Source: Takakia lepidozioides | Lineage: Eukaryota; Plantae; Bryophyta | Direction of reading: 5' to 3' | Length of the DNA: 64,000 nucleotides | NCBI GenBank assembly: GCA_030704615.1 | Contig: CM060731.1 | Span: 69,998,001-70,062,000 of the forward strand | Part shown: one piece after another, positions 14,164 through 27,539 of the stretch | How positions within the stretch are numbered: position 1 is the stretch's first letter | Layout of the letters: each line of letters begins with the position of its first letter | The notes under the pieces: generated by a model | Told to the model about the DNA's origin: nothing | The model's input: only the letters and a program-made list of their open reading frames with translations | The model's database searches: none | Program-made: the position numbers and the translations under genes

Positions 14164-14592
14164 CGTATCCACTCCAAGTCCCTCAGGGCCTCAGAGCCAC
14201 AACTGAGGAAACGGGAATTTCCCGAGGATGATCCACCATCAAATTCCCTTGTTCAACCTTCACATTCTCAATCCCAGGCCCGCCATCACTGCAATTTCCT
14301 CCCCTTGATCCCCCGGAAGATGCGAACCAAAGAGAAGCGCGCCCCTAGATTGTGGGCTAAGAGGCCACACCAGCAATGAAGTTAGGGTTTGCTTTCTGTC
14401 ATTTTCTCACTTTTCAAAAATAACCAGATTCACTTTTTTCTTTTTCTTTTTTTCTTTTTCTTTTCTTTTATTAACCAGATTCACTTACTTAGATTATGAT
14501 TTTTCCACTTATGTGACTCTAAATTTATTTAATTTGATTAAAAGGGCCTCTGCTCCCTTTCTCTAAAAACAAAAAAAAAACAATTATGATAT

Positions 14593-15211
14593 GTGGGTAG
14601 CCGGTTAGGCCTAATAGGGCCATTTCGCAGTTAGGCACTTTTTAGAAAAAACTTGAAATTAGGCATCTTGGATGTGTAATTTTTTTATTTTGTTTTTCAA
14701 ATTAGACAACTAAAAATAAAGATCACAAAATGAAGAAACAAAAATATAAAAATACAGCCGCTGCCATGGATGAAAATTGAAAACTGAGTCCATGGATGAC
14801 GTTTTAAATGAAAACTCAGCCACTGCCATGGATGAAAATTGAAAACTGAGTCCATGGATGACGTCTTAAATGAAAACTCAGACGCTGCCATGAATGAAAT
14901 TTGAAAACTTAGTCCATGGATGACGTTTTAAATGAATATCATTTTAAATGGATATTATTTTTAGATTTTGTTTCTATTTTACATTTCTTTTTTCTTTTTT
15001 CTTTTTTTGGAGAAGAGGGCTTAGCCTCAGAGCTTTATTCTAATTTAAATTGAAGTTTCTATACCACAGGCACTTTTAGAGAAATGTTTGAAAAATAGGC
15101 ACTCTTTGAAGATAATTTTTTAAATTAGGCACTCTTGTCAAAAATAATTTAGTTTGATTACCTAGGCACTTTTTTTTTTCGAATTAATTTCTGCCTAACT
15201 GGCTATCCCAC
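14593..15211. mobile_element. TIR-bounded MITE-like element upstream of importin-5
   Basis: GTGGGTAGCCGGTTAGGC at the left end vs GCCTAACTGGCTATCCCAC at the right end; repeated TAGGCACT motifs inside. TSD unclear. Confidence 0.55.
14760..14935 (+). repeat. ~63-bp tandem repeat x3
   Basis: CTGCCATGGATGAAAATTGAAAACTGAGTCCATGGATGACGTTTTAAATGAAAACTCAG occurs three times. Confidence 0.9.
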
Positions 15212-16737
15212 TATGGTAGATATAAACATATATTTCTGCTCATGGATTTTTGGTTTTAAGGAAAATGAACTTTTCTTTAGCTTTACTATTGATATTTACC
15301 GGGCCAAATCATGGCTCTTATGAAAAGAGATATGTTTTCACTCAGGTTACCTTCCAAGAAAAAAAAGAGGGAGGCCATTCTTCTGCCCTGCTCCTTTCCT
15401 ACTCCCCTATCTTTCTCTGCAGATCAGCCACTTTTTTCTTACTTTCATCTAAAGCCCATTTTTCCCTTTTTCCTTGAGAAAAGGGGGGCCTCAGTGAAAT
15501 TATGTTGATCATGAGAAGATATGGAAAAAGTACCCATTACAAAGAAAGTAGTGTACAGAATGACCTTAGGAGCTTGTCACTATGTAAAACATTTCGTGGT
15601 TTCCTCTGTTTTATATTTTTGGCCTTGCCTTCCTAAGGCATGACTACGCAATGGGTTTTGATGCTTAGCACCGATACTTGCTATTAAGTTTCGAATTAAG
15701 ACAGGTGTAATGTGAATATTTCATCCATATCTATAAATGAATGAAATCCCTGGATGAATAGTTTTATGCATGCGTAAGTATTGCATTGCAGGCCGATATC
15801 TCTCCCCAATGAAGACAATGCCTTGGATTCCTCCTATCCTATTTGCTCTCATTGAAATTTCTGATCCTCGTGATGGAATACTTCTCTGAGGACAGTTGAC
15901 TCCCCCCACGGATCTCATAGCAGGACAAGAAGAAGTGAAAAAAAAACAGAGAGAAAGAGAGAATGAAGGTACTGTTTTTGGGGCAATTTTTGTATTATAT
16001 ATATATACGTCACAAGCAGCGTTGTTTTTTTTGCGCGAAAATTTGCCATTTTTCGAGGAAGAAATTGGCGTCACGAAATCAACAAAGGAATAATGGGTTA
16101 AAATATGGCATTATTTCGTATTATTGCCCCACATAATGCCATTACGTAGCTGCAATGAGGATGCCGCATGTACAACTATCGCATAGGGAAGGAGCCACAT
16201 GCCATTAGGATTCGTCAGATCCAGATGATCTTCTCCCCCGATTTCTAGAAATCCTACCACCCTGCCAGCGCGAGGAGCAAACCCATGGGTTCAAAATGTC
16301 CTGCTTTTGCAAAGGAATCGAGCTATGGAGGGAACTCTCGTTTAGTTTTTGCTTATTCACCTATACTATCAGCTTCATGCACCTCCTTCTAAGCATACTT
16401 GCATTGCCTCTAGCTAAGTTAATCTAGGTTGTTAGTTACATCAACTTCAGTATTTAGGAAAGGCGGCCACAAAACTATTAGGGAGGATTGCTCAGTGGCC
16501 ACTGGCGAGGCTGATTGCAATCGAGGAGAGGAGATTGGAATTTGGCATTGATAAGAAGGTGTTCTTAACACTTATGGCGGCTGCATTGATGAAAATGGGA
16601 GCTCCTAGCCCTTCCCCAATACTTTATATTCACGGTTTTTCGTGTTACTTACGGTGTAGCAAACCTGTCTTGTGGTGGTGTGCCTGGTTAGTGGTCTCTC
16701 GTTTGTATTTGCTCGACATCTTTCTGTGTTTGGTGTC

Positions 16738-19672
16738 ATGGGACCTCGGAAGAGGCCTCCTCCTCCGACAAATTTCAGATTCAATTTTTTTTTTTGTAGT
16801 AAGGAGCTTGTGGAGAATCTTCCTAGAGTGTCGAATGCTTTTACAGAAGCCGAAAGCTCTCGCGTTGCTGAGAGAATGGCCAAGGATTCACGTGGAGAGA
16901 GAGAGATTGAGGCTCATGATCAGGGCAGTCTTGATCCACCTGCGAGTGATCTTGTAATTCTAGAAGATGTAGACCCTAAACCACAACTAGATATGGCCTG
17001 AGCCTCCTCGTCGGCGTCGCAAACGAAACAAATGTGACATCAATAGAAAGTTCCAAGAGGTCTGGTCAATCAAAGCACCATGGCCTGAGGTAGTATTGGA
17101 CGGTGAGGTATTCTTCTTGCGATCAAGTGTCGTGTGTGCTCTAAATTTGACAAGAAAGAGAAGTTGGGGCTCTCTTGAGAAACATGGAGGTAAAAGAAAA
17201 AACCCAGCTGATGGGTCTTCTTACGTAGACACCACTTGTCTGTTTGCTGAGAATGAGAGAAAATTCGCTACTATGAATCGCCCTTCTGTTCTAGAACAAG
17301 TTCAGAGGTTTGTTGAAAAGTCAACAAGTTTGCAACTATTTTCCTGCTCTTGAGTAAAGGTAGACTAATCTCTGATTATGAAGACTTAAAGTGCTTGTTT
17401 GATTTTTTGCAAGTGAAGTCCACCTCAAAGAAGCATTGGAGTGGGGGTGCTGGTTGGCAGATGTCTAAGTCCATTCACCAGCAAGTCTTGAAGGTTATGA
17501 TTGAAACGATGAAGAAGACAAACTATATGGCATTGATTGCTGATGAAGTTACCACAATAAACAATCAAAGTTGGGCTTCTATGCATGGGTATGTTGTGCA
17601 AGATTGGTCCAGGAATCTAGAGGGAGACATAGTGGCGCAGCAACAGTAGATGGTGCAAGAGGCACCAAGTCAGCAGCAAGACATAAATTCCAATTTGGAA
17701 TTGCTAAATGTAGAATGTGTCATGGACACAACCCAGAAGAACTTACCAGAAGTTACCAAGTTACTGAAAGTTACCATGATTTATCATGATCTACCATGAT
17801 CTATCATAAGTTATCATGAAGTTATTAAGTTACCAGGAGTTTACCAGATTACGGAGAGTAACTTGAGAAACTGCTCAGGAAGCTTCCTTTGGAAGAAACT
17901 TCCCCAACAAGAAACCTTCTTTGTTTAAGGAAACTTCTCCATCAAGAATCCTCTTTTGTTTAAAGAAACTTCTCTATCAAGAAACCTCCATTATGCAAGC
18001 TTCTTAGGGAACTGCCTAGTAGCTGGTATATATAGAAGGCGAAATTGGACACTCCTCAGTCTTGCCAACACAAGTTCAAGCTACTTTTATTTCCAGTCCC
18101 AGTACTCCTGTCCAGACTCCAGTACTCTAGTCCAGTTTCCAGTATCTGGTACTCCAGTCCAGTTCCCAACATTCCAGTATTCAAATCGAGTTCCAAATCT
18201 TGTGCTCTTATCCATTGTTATAAAGATCATCTTAGTTTTTCGTTATCCATCATGCATTCGGCCACGCCGACCTTGACTTTGTATCTAGTCTTGTACCTCT
18301 AAGTTTGATCTCTTGTTTGTGTTCAGTCATGTCATCGTCCTTGACAGAGTGTATCGTTGATGACAACAATGTAGACAACCTAACTCATGTTGTTATGAAC
18401 GCTCTATACATCGGGGGTGGTGTGAGTAGTGCTGATAGCCCTACCACACTTGTATCATTTGGAGCTGACGGGGTTGTTACATTTGAGGACATGCGAAAGG
18501 AGTAACAGTGTATATCAAAAGAACTATGCATCTTTCTGCACCAGCATGCATTGCATTGCGCATCGCACAAATCTTGCAGTTCAGACTTGTCAGAATAGCT
18601 GTCGTGCACAGGCTTAGATGCTTTTACAAAATTTGTATGGATACTTTTGCAAGTCCCAAAGAAACATCTTGAACTCTGCAATATGTTGTCTCTTAAAATT
18701 TGCTGCCTTGTGCCATTACTGGAGTGTGTACATTCTCTGGTCAAGTTTGCACAACTCAGAGATGTGTTCGTCTGCAATTTCGTGGATGCCGTGAAGATAT
18801 GTGAGGCTGATGTGCTTAGGATGTATGTGGATGCCGCAACCGCATTCACTGGTGATATTTTCACTCAGTTCAATGCATTACTTGAAACTCGAAATAATGT
18901 TATTGTTCTCGAAAAGTGGATGTCAACTGACTTGAATACTGGAATCGATCACTTAGGGTTTGACTTCAATGGGAAACATATGTAGGTTAAACATCAAGAT
19001 CAGATTACTGGAGAAAGTCGTTAGATCACTCAAGATATCTATGATAGAGCCATTGTTCTTGTGAAGGGACAAAGAAAGCTTGTAGCACAGTGGCTGATTG
19101 AAGAGCTTGAAGCTCGTTTTCATGCTCAAGCTTTGATGGATGCTCTTGGGATAGTATATCCCCAATACTGGCTGAATGGGGACCCTGAGGCGACTTTCAC
19201 AGCTCATTTGAACACCATCAAGGCCGCTCATTGTGGCCCCAAGAGGATGGGAGCAGCGCAATTGTGGATTGTCCCTCTGCTTGAGTCCGAGGCTCTTGAT
19301 ATGCAACGGTCTACCTTCATTTTGATAATGCAAAACAATGCTAGAGGTGCCATGGCTTCCCCCCATGATGTGAATCCCCTAACCAAGTTATGGAAGACGC
19401 TGACAGCTTGCCAGATTGTGGTACACAGAATTCTAGAGTATATCAAACTTGAGGAAATTGTTGTTGTGTAGGTGATGGATCTGTGGAGGATGAACGCACC
19501 TTTAATACCCGAGTTTTATGAAATCCAAGCTTTGCAATAGGCTTACGTCACATTTAGATTTGGTTATCCGTATGTTCTCTCAACAGTTTTACTCACTTGA
19601 CACTTTCTCTTTTGCTACTGCACCCATTGAGCTTGAAGGACAACTTGTGTGCGCAAGGGATTAGATGCTTAA
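16738..19672 (+). pseudogene. hAT / ZNF862-like (DUF4371 + hAT dimerisation) transposase, fragmented
   Basis: Fragments NRKFQEVWSIKAPW...KCRVCSKF, KKHWSGGAGWQM, LIADEVTTINNQSWASMHGYVV, SFGADG, HCIAHRTNLAVQT, LMDALGIVYPQYW, GSVEDERTF...KSKLCNRLTSHLDLVIRMFSQ. Many stops and frameshifts. Confidence 0.85.
17718..18346 (+). mobile_element. Solo LTR nested in the hAT transposase
   Basis: Inverted termini TGTCATGGAC...GTCCTTGACA; 5-bp TSD GAATG/GAGTG; TATATATAG box near 18027; internal short tandem repeats. The transposase reads ...LLNVE|CIVDDNNVDNLT across it. Confidence 0.8.
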
Positions 19673-22113
19673 GTTAATTGCAGATGTAAGGGGACTTAAT
19701 GTCTTGCCACAAATGACTCAATGACAGATCTGGTTATGCTCCCTTCCGGAATTTCTTGTTGCTGTTGATTTCATGTACATGATCATTTGCTTTGATTTAA
19801 TCACTCTTTTGCTTTGGTCTACAAATTCTAACCCCGCTCCCACGGACTTGCCTATGACACACTATCCGTCATGGCAGACTTGTGGAATTGTGTGGCTGCT
19901 GATACGATTTTGGGGCACATGAGGCTTCAAGCAAGTTTGTTGAACTTGGACTAGATTATGTGACATAACTGTGTCAGGGTTGGTTGCATTTGTTTCCATG
20001 ATCACGGCTTCTTTACCTTGTTCTGATCTGCAGGCAACTTTCAAGGTGTTCCAGCCTTCAAGGTGATTTTTTAATTTATGTTTGTTCTTGTACACTAACG
20101 TGGTTTGTTTGTGTAGGTCCCACCATGTGCTGCAGTGGGTAGAGCCTTCGTGGTTGAGGTTCAATTCCTCCACATGGCATTTTCGCTCAACAGCATGCTT
20201 CGCAATATGCAGTGTCGTTGTTACGTAAAAAAAATTACACCCTTGTCACTCCCACAAACAGAACAGTGCATGAATTGAGTTTGCATAAAACTGATCAAAC
20301 ATTCTTGACATTAGCCATTGGTTTTAGATCACATGCCACACAGTTGCCAATTGGTCTTTTTCGTAAGCCAGGCAAGAGCCAACATGGTTCAAATTTTTAA
20401 ATGAGAAAAAAAATGCTGGTCACAAGTCACAAACTATATGGCAGGGCTTGCATGGATTACATGCATTTGTTTTCTTTGCAATAAAATCCAAGGTCATCTA
20501 ATTTTCTCAAAAGCAAAAATAAAAATAAAATAAAAAAATAAAAAAGGGCTTCTGGCGCCTTTCTCTCTTCTTTAAGAAAAGAAACAACAACAACAATCTA
20601 TAAAATTTATAAGCTGTAATTAAGATGAATTTTTCACAGTGTAACCTTGTTTGTTTTCTTTTCTAAAGGGGAAAGAGGCCCTGTTAATCAGATTCAAAAG
20701 TAATTTATTGACTAGAAGATTAATTTTCCTTCACTAGGGTGAGAGTGAGGGTTTTATTTTTCTCCCTCCTTATATAAAAATTATGATTTCTCAAAATCGG
20801 CATAGAAATTAAAAAATAGAAAATAGCTGTTTCTTCTCAAACTTTATGTGGTTGGAACATTGTATGTAAATAAGACTTGGAGTACGTACGGCTTTTCGCC
20901 GCCTCGATCATCTTTGTTTTGTTAGTGTGGACTATCATTTTCCATTATGCATCTGATCTATTCCAGAAAGAGCTTCAAGAAAAGATCAAGGTCATTGAAT
21001 GAGACTTAATGGAAAAATGCACACATTAGTTTCAAATATTCAAGGATGGCATAATCTTGTTTTTGTAGCGCATGACACTACTAACACAATGTTCCTCCAG
21101 AATCTGCCCAAGTTGGTCTTAGGGTCAACTGTAACCATCTGGTTTTGTCAATCTGTGTATATGAGATCGGGAGCTGCTGCAGTTGATCAAGCACCTTGCT
21201 AGCTTGTTCGTAGAAGGTTGCCAAGTTTTTGCCCAATTGTGACGTGATAGAGTCATGGACACCGCATGAACAGAGGTCATGTAGTTGTGATAGCCTACAA
21301 GCTGCGTGGTAATTTTCTTACAAGCACGTGCCTCTATGCGACTCAAGTCACCCTTTGATATCTGCCTTGAGTGTGATGGAGTGAGCAGCTAATTTGTGGT
21401 TGATTTCTATCGTTAGTGTTGCATGGTTACCACATTGAGCTGACTGGTGAGGTAAGACGTTGATCGACGCAACTCTATCAGCCAAGGCCTGGTTGACATT
21501 TGCGACCCGCAGCCGATCCAAGATTTTAGGGGCGAGTGGAGCAGAGCCATTCAAACTGTTAGTGTGTGGTGAAAAGTCAACAAATTTGTCCGATCCAGCA
21601 ATGGGAGAGTTTCATGTTGCACATTAAGTATAAATCGTGGGATTCTTACATGCGATCTACGCAATGCCATTGTGCTTTGTTTTCTCTGACGGGTCGATGT
21701 TGCAAAAGTAAAATTTCCTTGGCCACTGCTTTGTGCAAGGGCTGCTTCAGTTGTTTTCTGCAAGTGAAATATATTCAAGTTCTTGGCTATGATTGAGAGG
21801 GCGTTCGTCTCAGCAATAAACTCCTTGGGTGTAGCATTGATGCCTATCATGCTGACCTTCTTAGTACGCACCAGCCTTGCTTGCTTTTTTTTTCGGTCTT
21901 GAGCGCAAAAGTGATCATGTGGTAAACATGCAACAGTGTAGACGATTGAGACAAGTTGGGGGATGTAGGCTTAAAGCACTAGTATAGTTAGAGGGAGGCG
22001 GTTATTGTTGGGCAGATGTAACTGATGGGCGTAATAGGAATCCCGTCATTGCTAGTGCAATGTAGGGACAAAGTGTCCGCTGGAGAATTCTGGTTATGGT
22101 TGTATGGTCAAAC

Positions 22114-22785
22114 CAGTGTTGGGCGGTTATGTAATATTTTTGATAACCCCCGGTTCAGGTTCTCTCTTTATGACTGTCTTCTAGGAACCTCCGGTTCAGG
22201 TTATTTACTTGAAGATTTTCAAGAACCACCGGATCCAGTTATTAAGTGTCTTTTCATGTCTTCCGGTTATGATACATACTGGTTATTTCGCTACTTTCAT
22301 ATGCCGGTTAGCCAATCCGGTTCGAATATATTATAAATCTTATATCCGGGATAGAACTGCCGGTTCTACGGTTAGAAGAGCCTTAAGGCTTAGGCACTTT
22401 GGTGAACTATAACACTTCTATATTTATTCCAACACAGTTTATAATGCATTCATGTGATTCACAAGACCTCTTCCTTATCATTGTACCAAGAATAAAAAAG
22501 TAAACAGGAGATGCTGGCTAAACCTAGATCAAGTAACCGTTAGTTACCAGCAAGTATCATTGATTGTAACCGGGGGTCTCATCTTACCCCACATAGGTCA
22601 GGTTAAATAAATAAAAAATTTATGCCTGGCCGGTTCCAAAGCCAGGCGGTTATGCCAGAATGTGGGCCCGCCGGTTTCATTGCACTGCAGATTATTAAAG
22701 TTTTTTAGGACCTCCGGTGGAGTGGGTATATCCGCAACCGGACCCGCCGGTTATTGGTCACAATATAGAGAACCGCCCAACACTA
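22114..22785. mobile_element. hAT-type MITE
   Basis: TIRs CAGTGTTGGGCGGTT / AACCGCCCAACACTA; 8-bp TSD GGTCAAAC/GTTCAAAC; many internal CCGGTT/AACCGG motifs. Confidence 0.85.
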
Positions 22786-23977
22786 GTTCAAACCGTCTAT
22801 AGCAGGTCGTGGTGGGTTTGCAACCGGCACATGCAGCTAAGTGGACACTGCAATCAATTCGTGGTACTTGTCCGCCAAGCTCCCATCCCATTTCACACAC
22901 GCGCTAGCTCGACAACAGGGGCTGCCGCCCCATACATGAAAGTGATATGTGTACCTGGCTCAAACGGTGGGCCGGGTAACACATGGAAGGCCGCTCTCAA
23001 GGAGGGTGAGGGCTATCTTTTATAGGGCTTCTTCTGCCTCAACCTTACTTTTGTACACTCTGCAAGCAGGCCCCTCTCTAAAGAGATAAACTGGAACCTG
23101 AACCGAACCAATAAGGGGTCACTCCCTCGAAAATTACAGCCATGGACGCGTGGAAGGGGGGTAAGCACCTGACACGTGGCAACTACCTCACTTCATGTAG
23201 AGTGCTCGTGGATGAAACGAGCGCAATGATTACCAGAGAGCATCCTATATTCATCCATCGGAAAGCCACTTCATATCTCACATCCACGACCAATGTGCTC
23301 CATGCAAGTGGGATGTGAGATTTTCATAGCTTCAGAGATAGGATCCGAAGGATAATTATCCTGAATACCTTTGAGGTTTTGTAAAATGAAGCAAACTACT
23401 CAGTTGGGTAGATCGCAAGAGTCTCGCACCGCAACCGATCTTGTGTATAAACTGGGTGCGATCTAGGGAGGCTCGAGGAAGAGATCATTCAGATATAGGA
23501 GTGCTTGATGGAGGATCGAGGACGTTGGAGACTATCGGGTGCTGAAAGCATACTAGCCTGCGCATGAGCGGCCGTGCATGCTGATGAAGTACTGCAGTAG
23601 ATGATCACGATACATACATAGTTCAAACCTGGAGAATACATTGTACTGGTCAAGTTCAACCTGGAGAATTTATCGCGTCCGGTCTGTGAAACTTCAGGGC
23701 CGGCTCTCAAATTCGAGCTCAGCTGCTGTTTTACCAGAGCTTTTTCCACTCAAATTACGGGTTCAGCGATGTACTACCATTCTTAGATCTCTGTACAATA
23801 CCGGACCTCGAATGTCCGTTGAGAATGGATTCAGATAGATGTTACCCATGCCTTTTTCTGCCTGCAGAGACTAGAGAGTGATCTACTTAGAACTACAGAT
23901 TTAAAGACAAACCCCAGCTGTATAATTTGCTTTTGGGAATGCTTACGTACGTGTACGTGCAAGAATCCCCATGGTGT

Positions 23978-25992
23978 TCAGTTGGTGTCCTGCCATGTTC
24001 GGGTAGGCTGCCTCCACAGGCCATCGAGGTTCCGCACCAGGCCCTTGTTCTCTGGTTGCCGCCACTTAGGCGGGACACAGTATTCTTAAGGAAATCTGAG
24101 GCTTTGTTTACAAGAGCATAGTCCCTTCTAGTCATCAAAATGAAGTCCTTGGAATTGGGCCCTTGCGTTCCATCCACAAGATGAAGATTGTGCCAATCCG
24201 TTGGACCGGACTTGTTTCTCAAATAGGGCGAAAGCTTGTGGTTAACCTGGAGCTCCACTCCTGCGTGTATGTAAGACTTGCCGAACTGAGGGAAATGGAT
24301 TGCACTACTTAAAAGTGACTTTGGCACTAAGTCTTCGGGATTGACCACGCGCAAACAATTCAGCTGCAGTTCTTCAAATCGTTTCTTGAATACTGCATCT
24401 CCCACTGCGGGAGCCCCAAATGTAAATATCGAGACTGGAATAATGTCGTTTCAGAGCTTGTTAAGGCCAGTCTTAGCAATTTCGTAGGCTCTGAGGACTG
24501 CAAGAGCTCCACCAAGGCTATGACCTGTGATTGTAATGCTGAGAGTCTCCCCCTTGTATAACTTTAGCAGTCTCTTCAGTTCTGCAATTACCTGCATGCC
24601 AATCCAGCCATGATTGTGCGAACGACAGAAAACTACAACCGCACTATTCTGGACAGGGGACTTCGTAAAACTTTAAAGCGAAACTTGTAGAGTAATGAGA
24701 TAGAGGGCTTACGAAGGTGGCCACATGACTTCCCAGGGGATGGGCTGTGACCCTTAGCAGGCATTACAAGAACCCCTGGGTGGGAGAGCAGCACCGTCCG
24801 AATTACAAGCGTAGAGAAACCGTTCAGTAATGATTTAAATAAGTGTAATCTAGACAGATCTGGTTTGAAACACGCTGGTTGAACGAAGGCTGATTGCGCT
24901 TCCTTGACTGGTGGTTACTGGACTACATTTAGCAGAGGAAATCTAGAAACGATCCAGTTTCGAAATTGACCTGATCAGATGCACTAGTCTTCTGATTAAA
25001 TTGCGAAACTGGGTTTCTCGATGTGTAGAGACTCAAAAATCCTTTGTGCACTTCTGGTTGCGCTGCCATCGGCTGCCCCCATTCCTTCCCTCCTTGGGGA
25101 TCTGTGGCGAATATACTCATGGGTACCAACTCGAATTCCGCATCTTTTAACCACTCAGTGGGGAGACACGTTCCTCGCCATGCAATCGCTATATCTCTCC
25201 GGCCAATTCTCTCTATCTCCTTCTCGTCCGCTGTAACTGCAACATAGCCCATCCAGTTTGAATCCAAATCCCTTTCTGAAAATAGAGATCTTTGTATGAC
25301 ACCCGGAAGAGGGTTGTTTGCTATGGCATACAGATTGCGAGTCACGTCGTATCCGCATTCAGGTAACCACAAGCGTTTGAATACATCCTGCTTTGGGTGC
25401 CTGGCATTTCCAGCATATTTTGAGTACTCATCGTTCTCAAAATTGTCATACGTTACCTGAACAATCAATCAATACTGTGTCAATTTGGTTATAATTCTCA
25501 ACGAGATTGTACAACTGCTGGAGTTCCCCAATTTCACTGCTCATGAGGTTCCCCAGGTTACCTGAGCAAAATGATGATTTCTTTCCTGAGTTCCAGATCT
25601 AGAGGATTCAGAAGTCCATCCCACTTTTTGGATCCGTGTATCTCCTTCCACCTCGACGCTAAAGGCTCCTTCAAATTGTCTTCCTGCTGTGTTGGATATT
25701 CTTCACGGCTAGCTCCATCAACAGAGACTCTGGATTTTAAACTTGTGACGTTCGAAATTTTAATAGAGACCTTGGAAGCCTTTCGACTCCTTGAACGACG
25801 GAGATGGAGATTCGACACCCATGAAAAGAACCCTCTTTTTGAACCAGAAGTGATGTCTGTGCTTTTAGTAGTTGATTGTTTCGCTGGCTGGTTAGCAGCA
25901 GCATTGGAGCGGGTTGGAGAAGGGGGTGCCGATGCGTATGAAAGGTGGTCTAATCTTTTATGCTTGAAATGCTGGCTTTCCAAACTAGCCAT
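23978..25992 (-). pseudogene. Phospholipase A1 (DAD1-like, class 3 lipase) pseudogene, 3 exons
   Basis: Motifs WKEIHGSKKWDGLLNPLD, SNWMGYVAV, GRRDIAIAWRGT, VHKGFLSLYTS, ITITGHSLGGALA, FTFGAPAVGD. Lesions: frameshifting deletion in the expected EII[RYGx]FAQ near 25570, in-frame TGA at 24453-24451, frameshift before EYCVPPKWRQPENKGLVR. Confidence 0.9.
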
Positions 25993-26859
25993 ACTATAAA
26001 ACCACACAACACCAAAAGAGAAAAACTTTTCGTTGTGTATCATCAAGAGAGTGAATCTGAGGTGTTCGAAAGTCCAATGGCAAATTGTGGTTCCATTTCT
26101 GTGCTATATCATCACAGAAGAGTTGCAATATGCCTACAACACACTGTCTCTACCATATCGATGCTGCTATCTGCGTGTTAATAACATTCATTCACTCCCT
26201 ATCTTCTCACCGATATGGTTTCGCCAGGAGTTGTGAAGAACTCGCTTTAACCTTGAAATGCCCAAGCTCCACTGTCTGTCTCTGTGAGCGGGGAAATGGG
26301 GATGATGTGCTCAAAACCCAGTGATGTAGGAAGATTAAGTCAGTTAAGAAAACTCGATTCCACCAAAATGTCTTGAAAACAGTTATGGACTCCTAAAGCC
26401 CTGTCAATCAGCTTGTCCGAGTTCTTTCATGGTTTGCAATGCGAATCAAAGGTACCGGCCTCCATGGTGGTGTAAGTTTTACTGTCAGGCCCTAAGGACT
26501 TGCTTTCCTGTCAATTTGGGCATCCAAAGCAGCTAGTAGGGGAAGAAAAACCAACCCTTTTGTAATCCAGTGACCTTTCGTGATATAGTGACGAAAAATA
26601 TGAGATCACCATACCATATTCGCAGCCACGAATCCCTAAAATCTGAAAACAAAGCATCAGACCATCAGCTTGTACTCCAAAGTAGGGACCTTCAACTCCC
26701 ATACGCAGACGGTTTTTGGTCTGGTGCCATCGCTGGTGCCATCGTTGTTCACAGTTTCCTGACCTCCACCAAACACCCAACCAACAATAGGCGCCCGCGG
26801 TTTTCAATCAGGAGCGGGCATTCTAGATCATTGAGCATCGGCTTTGAAGGCTTCCCCTA

Positions 26860-27160
26860 CACACCACAAGCAATGTCGAATGCATACATACGTCTGAGAG
26901 ATTGAGGGTTCTTGCAAACCATGCTGTATAGAAAGTTGCCACATATCACCTTGGTCTCGACATCAGAAACAAATGCCATTCTTCTTCCAGTCGTTTCATT
27001 CCAAGAGTTGGAGATTGAGTCGTACACCTCCGCCCTCAGCAGTCCATTCGAAGCAGTGTCTACTTTTGAAGACTGCAACGCCCTTCAACTTGCAAAAATG
27101 CTCCATATGAAGGGCAGAACAATCAGGGCCCTTCGAATTACCTTGTCAACCAACATTTCT
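26860..27160 (-). pseudogene. F-box/kelch-type protein remnant
   Basis: LRAEVYDSISNSWNETTG, VICGNFLYSM and MYAFDIACGV resemble kelch/F-box-associated strands. Flanked by stops; no intact gene model. Confidence 0.5.
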
Positions 27161-27539
27161 GCTAGAATCGCCTAGTCTGTGCACTGGTGAAGATTGCGCA
27201 TGGGATGGTGGACACAAACCAAACACAAAACTTGAACAGTAAGCCCTCTGTAGGTGTAAATTTGGGCGTACAATTCTCACCCAATTAATACCTTTGTTTT
27301 GTGCTCTCTTGCAAGATCTGGAGGACCAGAAGCAACTTCATGGCACAACTATAGTGTGTCTTTTGCAATGCTTGCACCCTACTCCCATCATGTCTTCACT
27401 CCATTTTTCACACTCATACATTCGTTTCCTTGAACCCTCACACAGTTGCTTCTTTATCCCGTCTTTTCTTTTTGAATCTCAGATGCACATCCTCTGCAGG
27501 TGCATGGCTGGAAAGAAGAGGAGGCAGGCAGCAAAGCAC

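Larger units (their letters stand above)
16006..20227 (+). mobile_element. Decayed hAT-superfamily DNA transposon (approximate limits)
   Basis: Imperfect inverted ends TACGTCACAA / TTGTTACGTA with subterminal GCGAAAAT..GCC similarity enclose a transposase pseudogene. No clear TSD. Confidence 0.5.

Noticed and set aside
22985-23045. LTR fragment similar (reverse complement) to 60477-60520
   Set aside because: The similarity is short and degenerate, and boundaries cannot be defined by eye.
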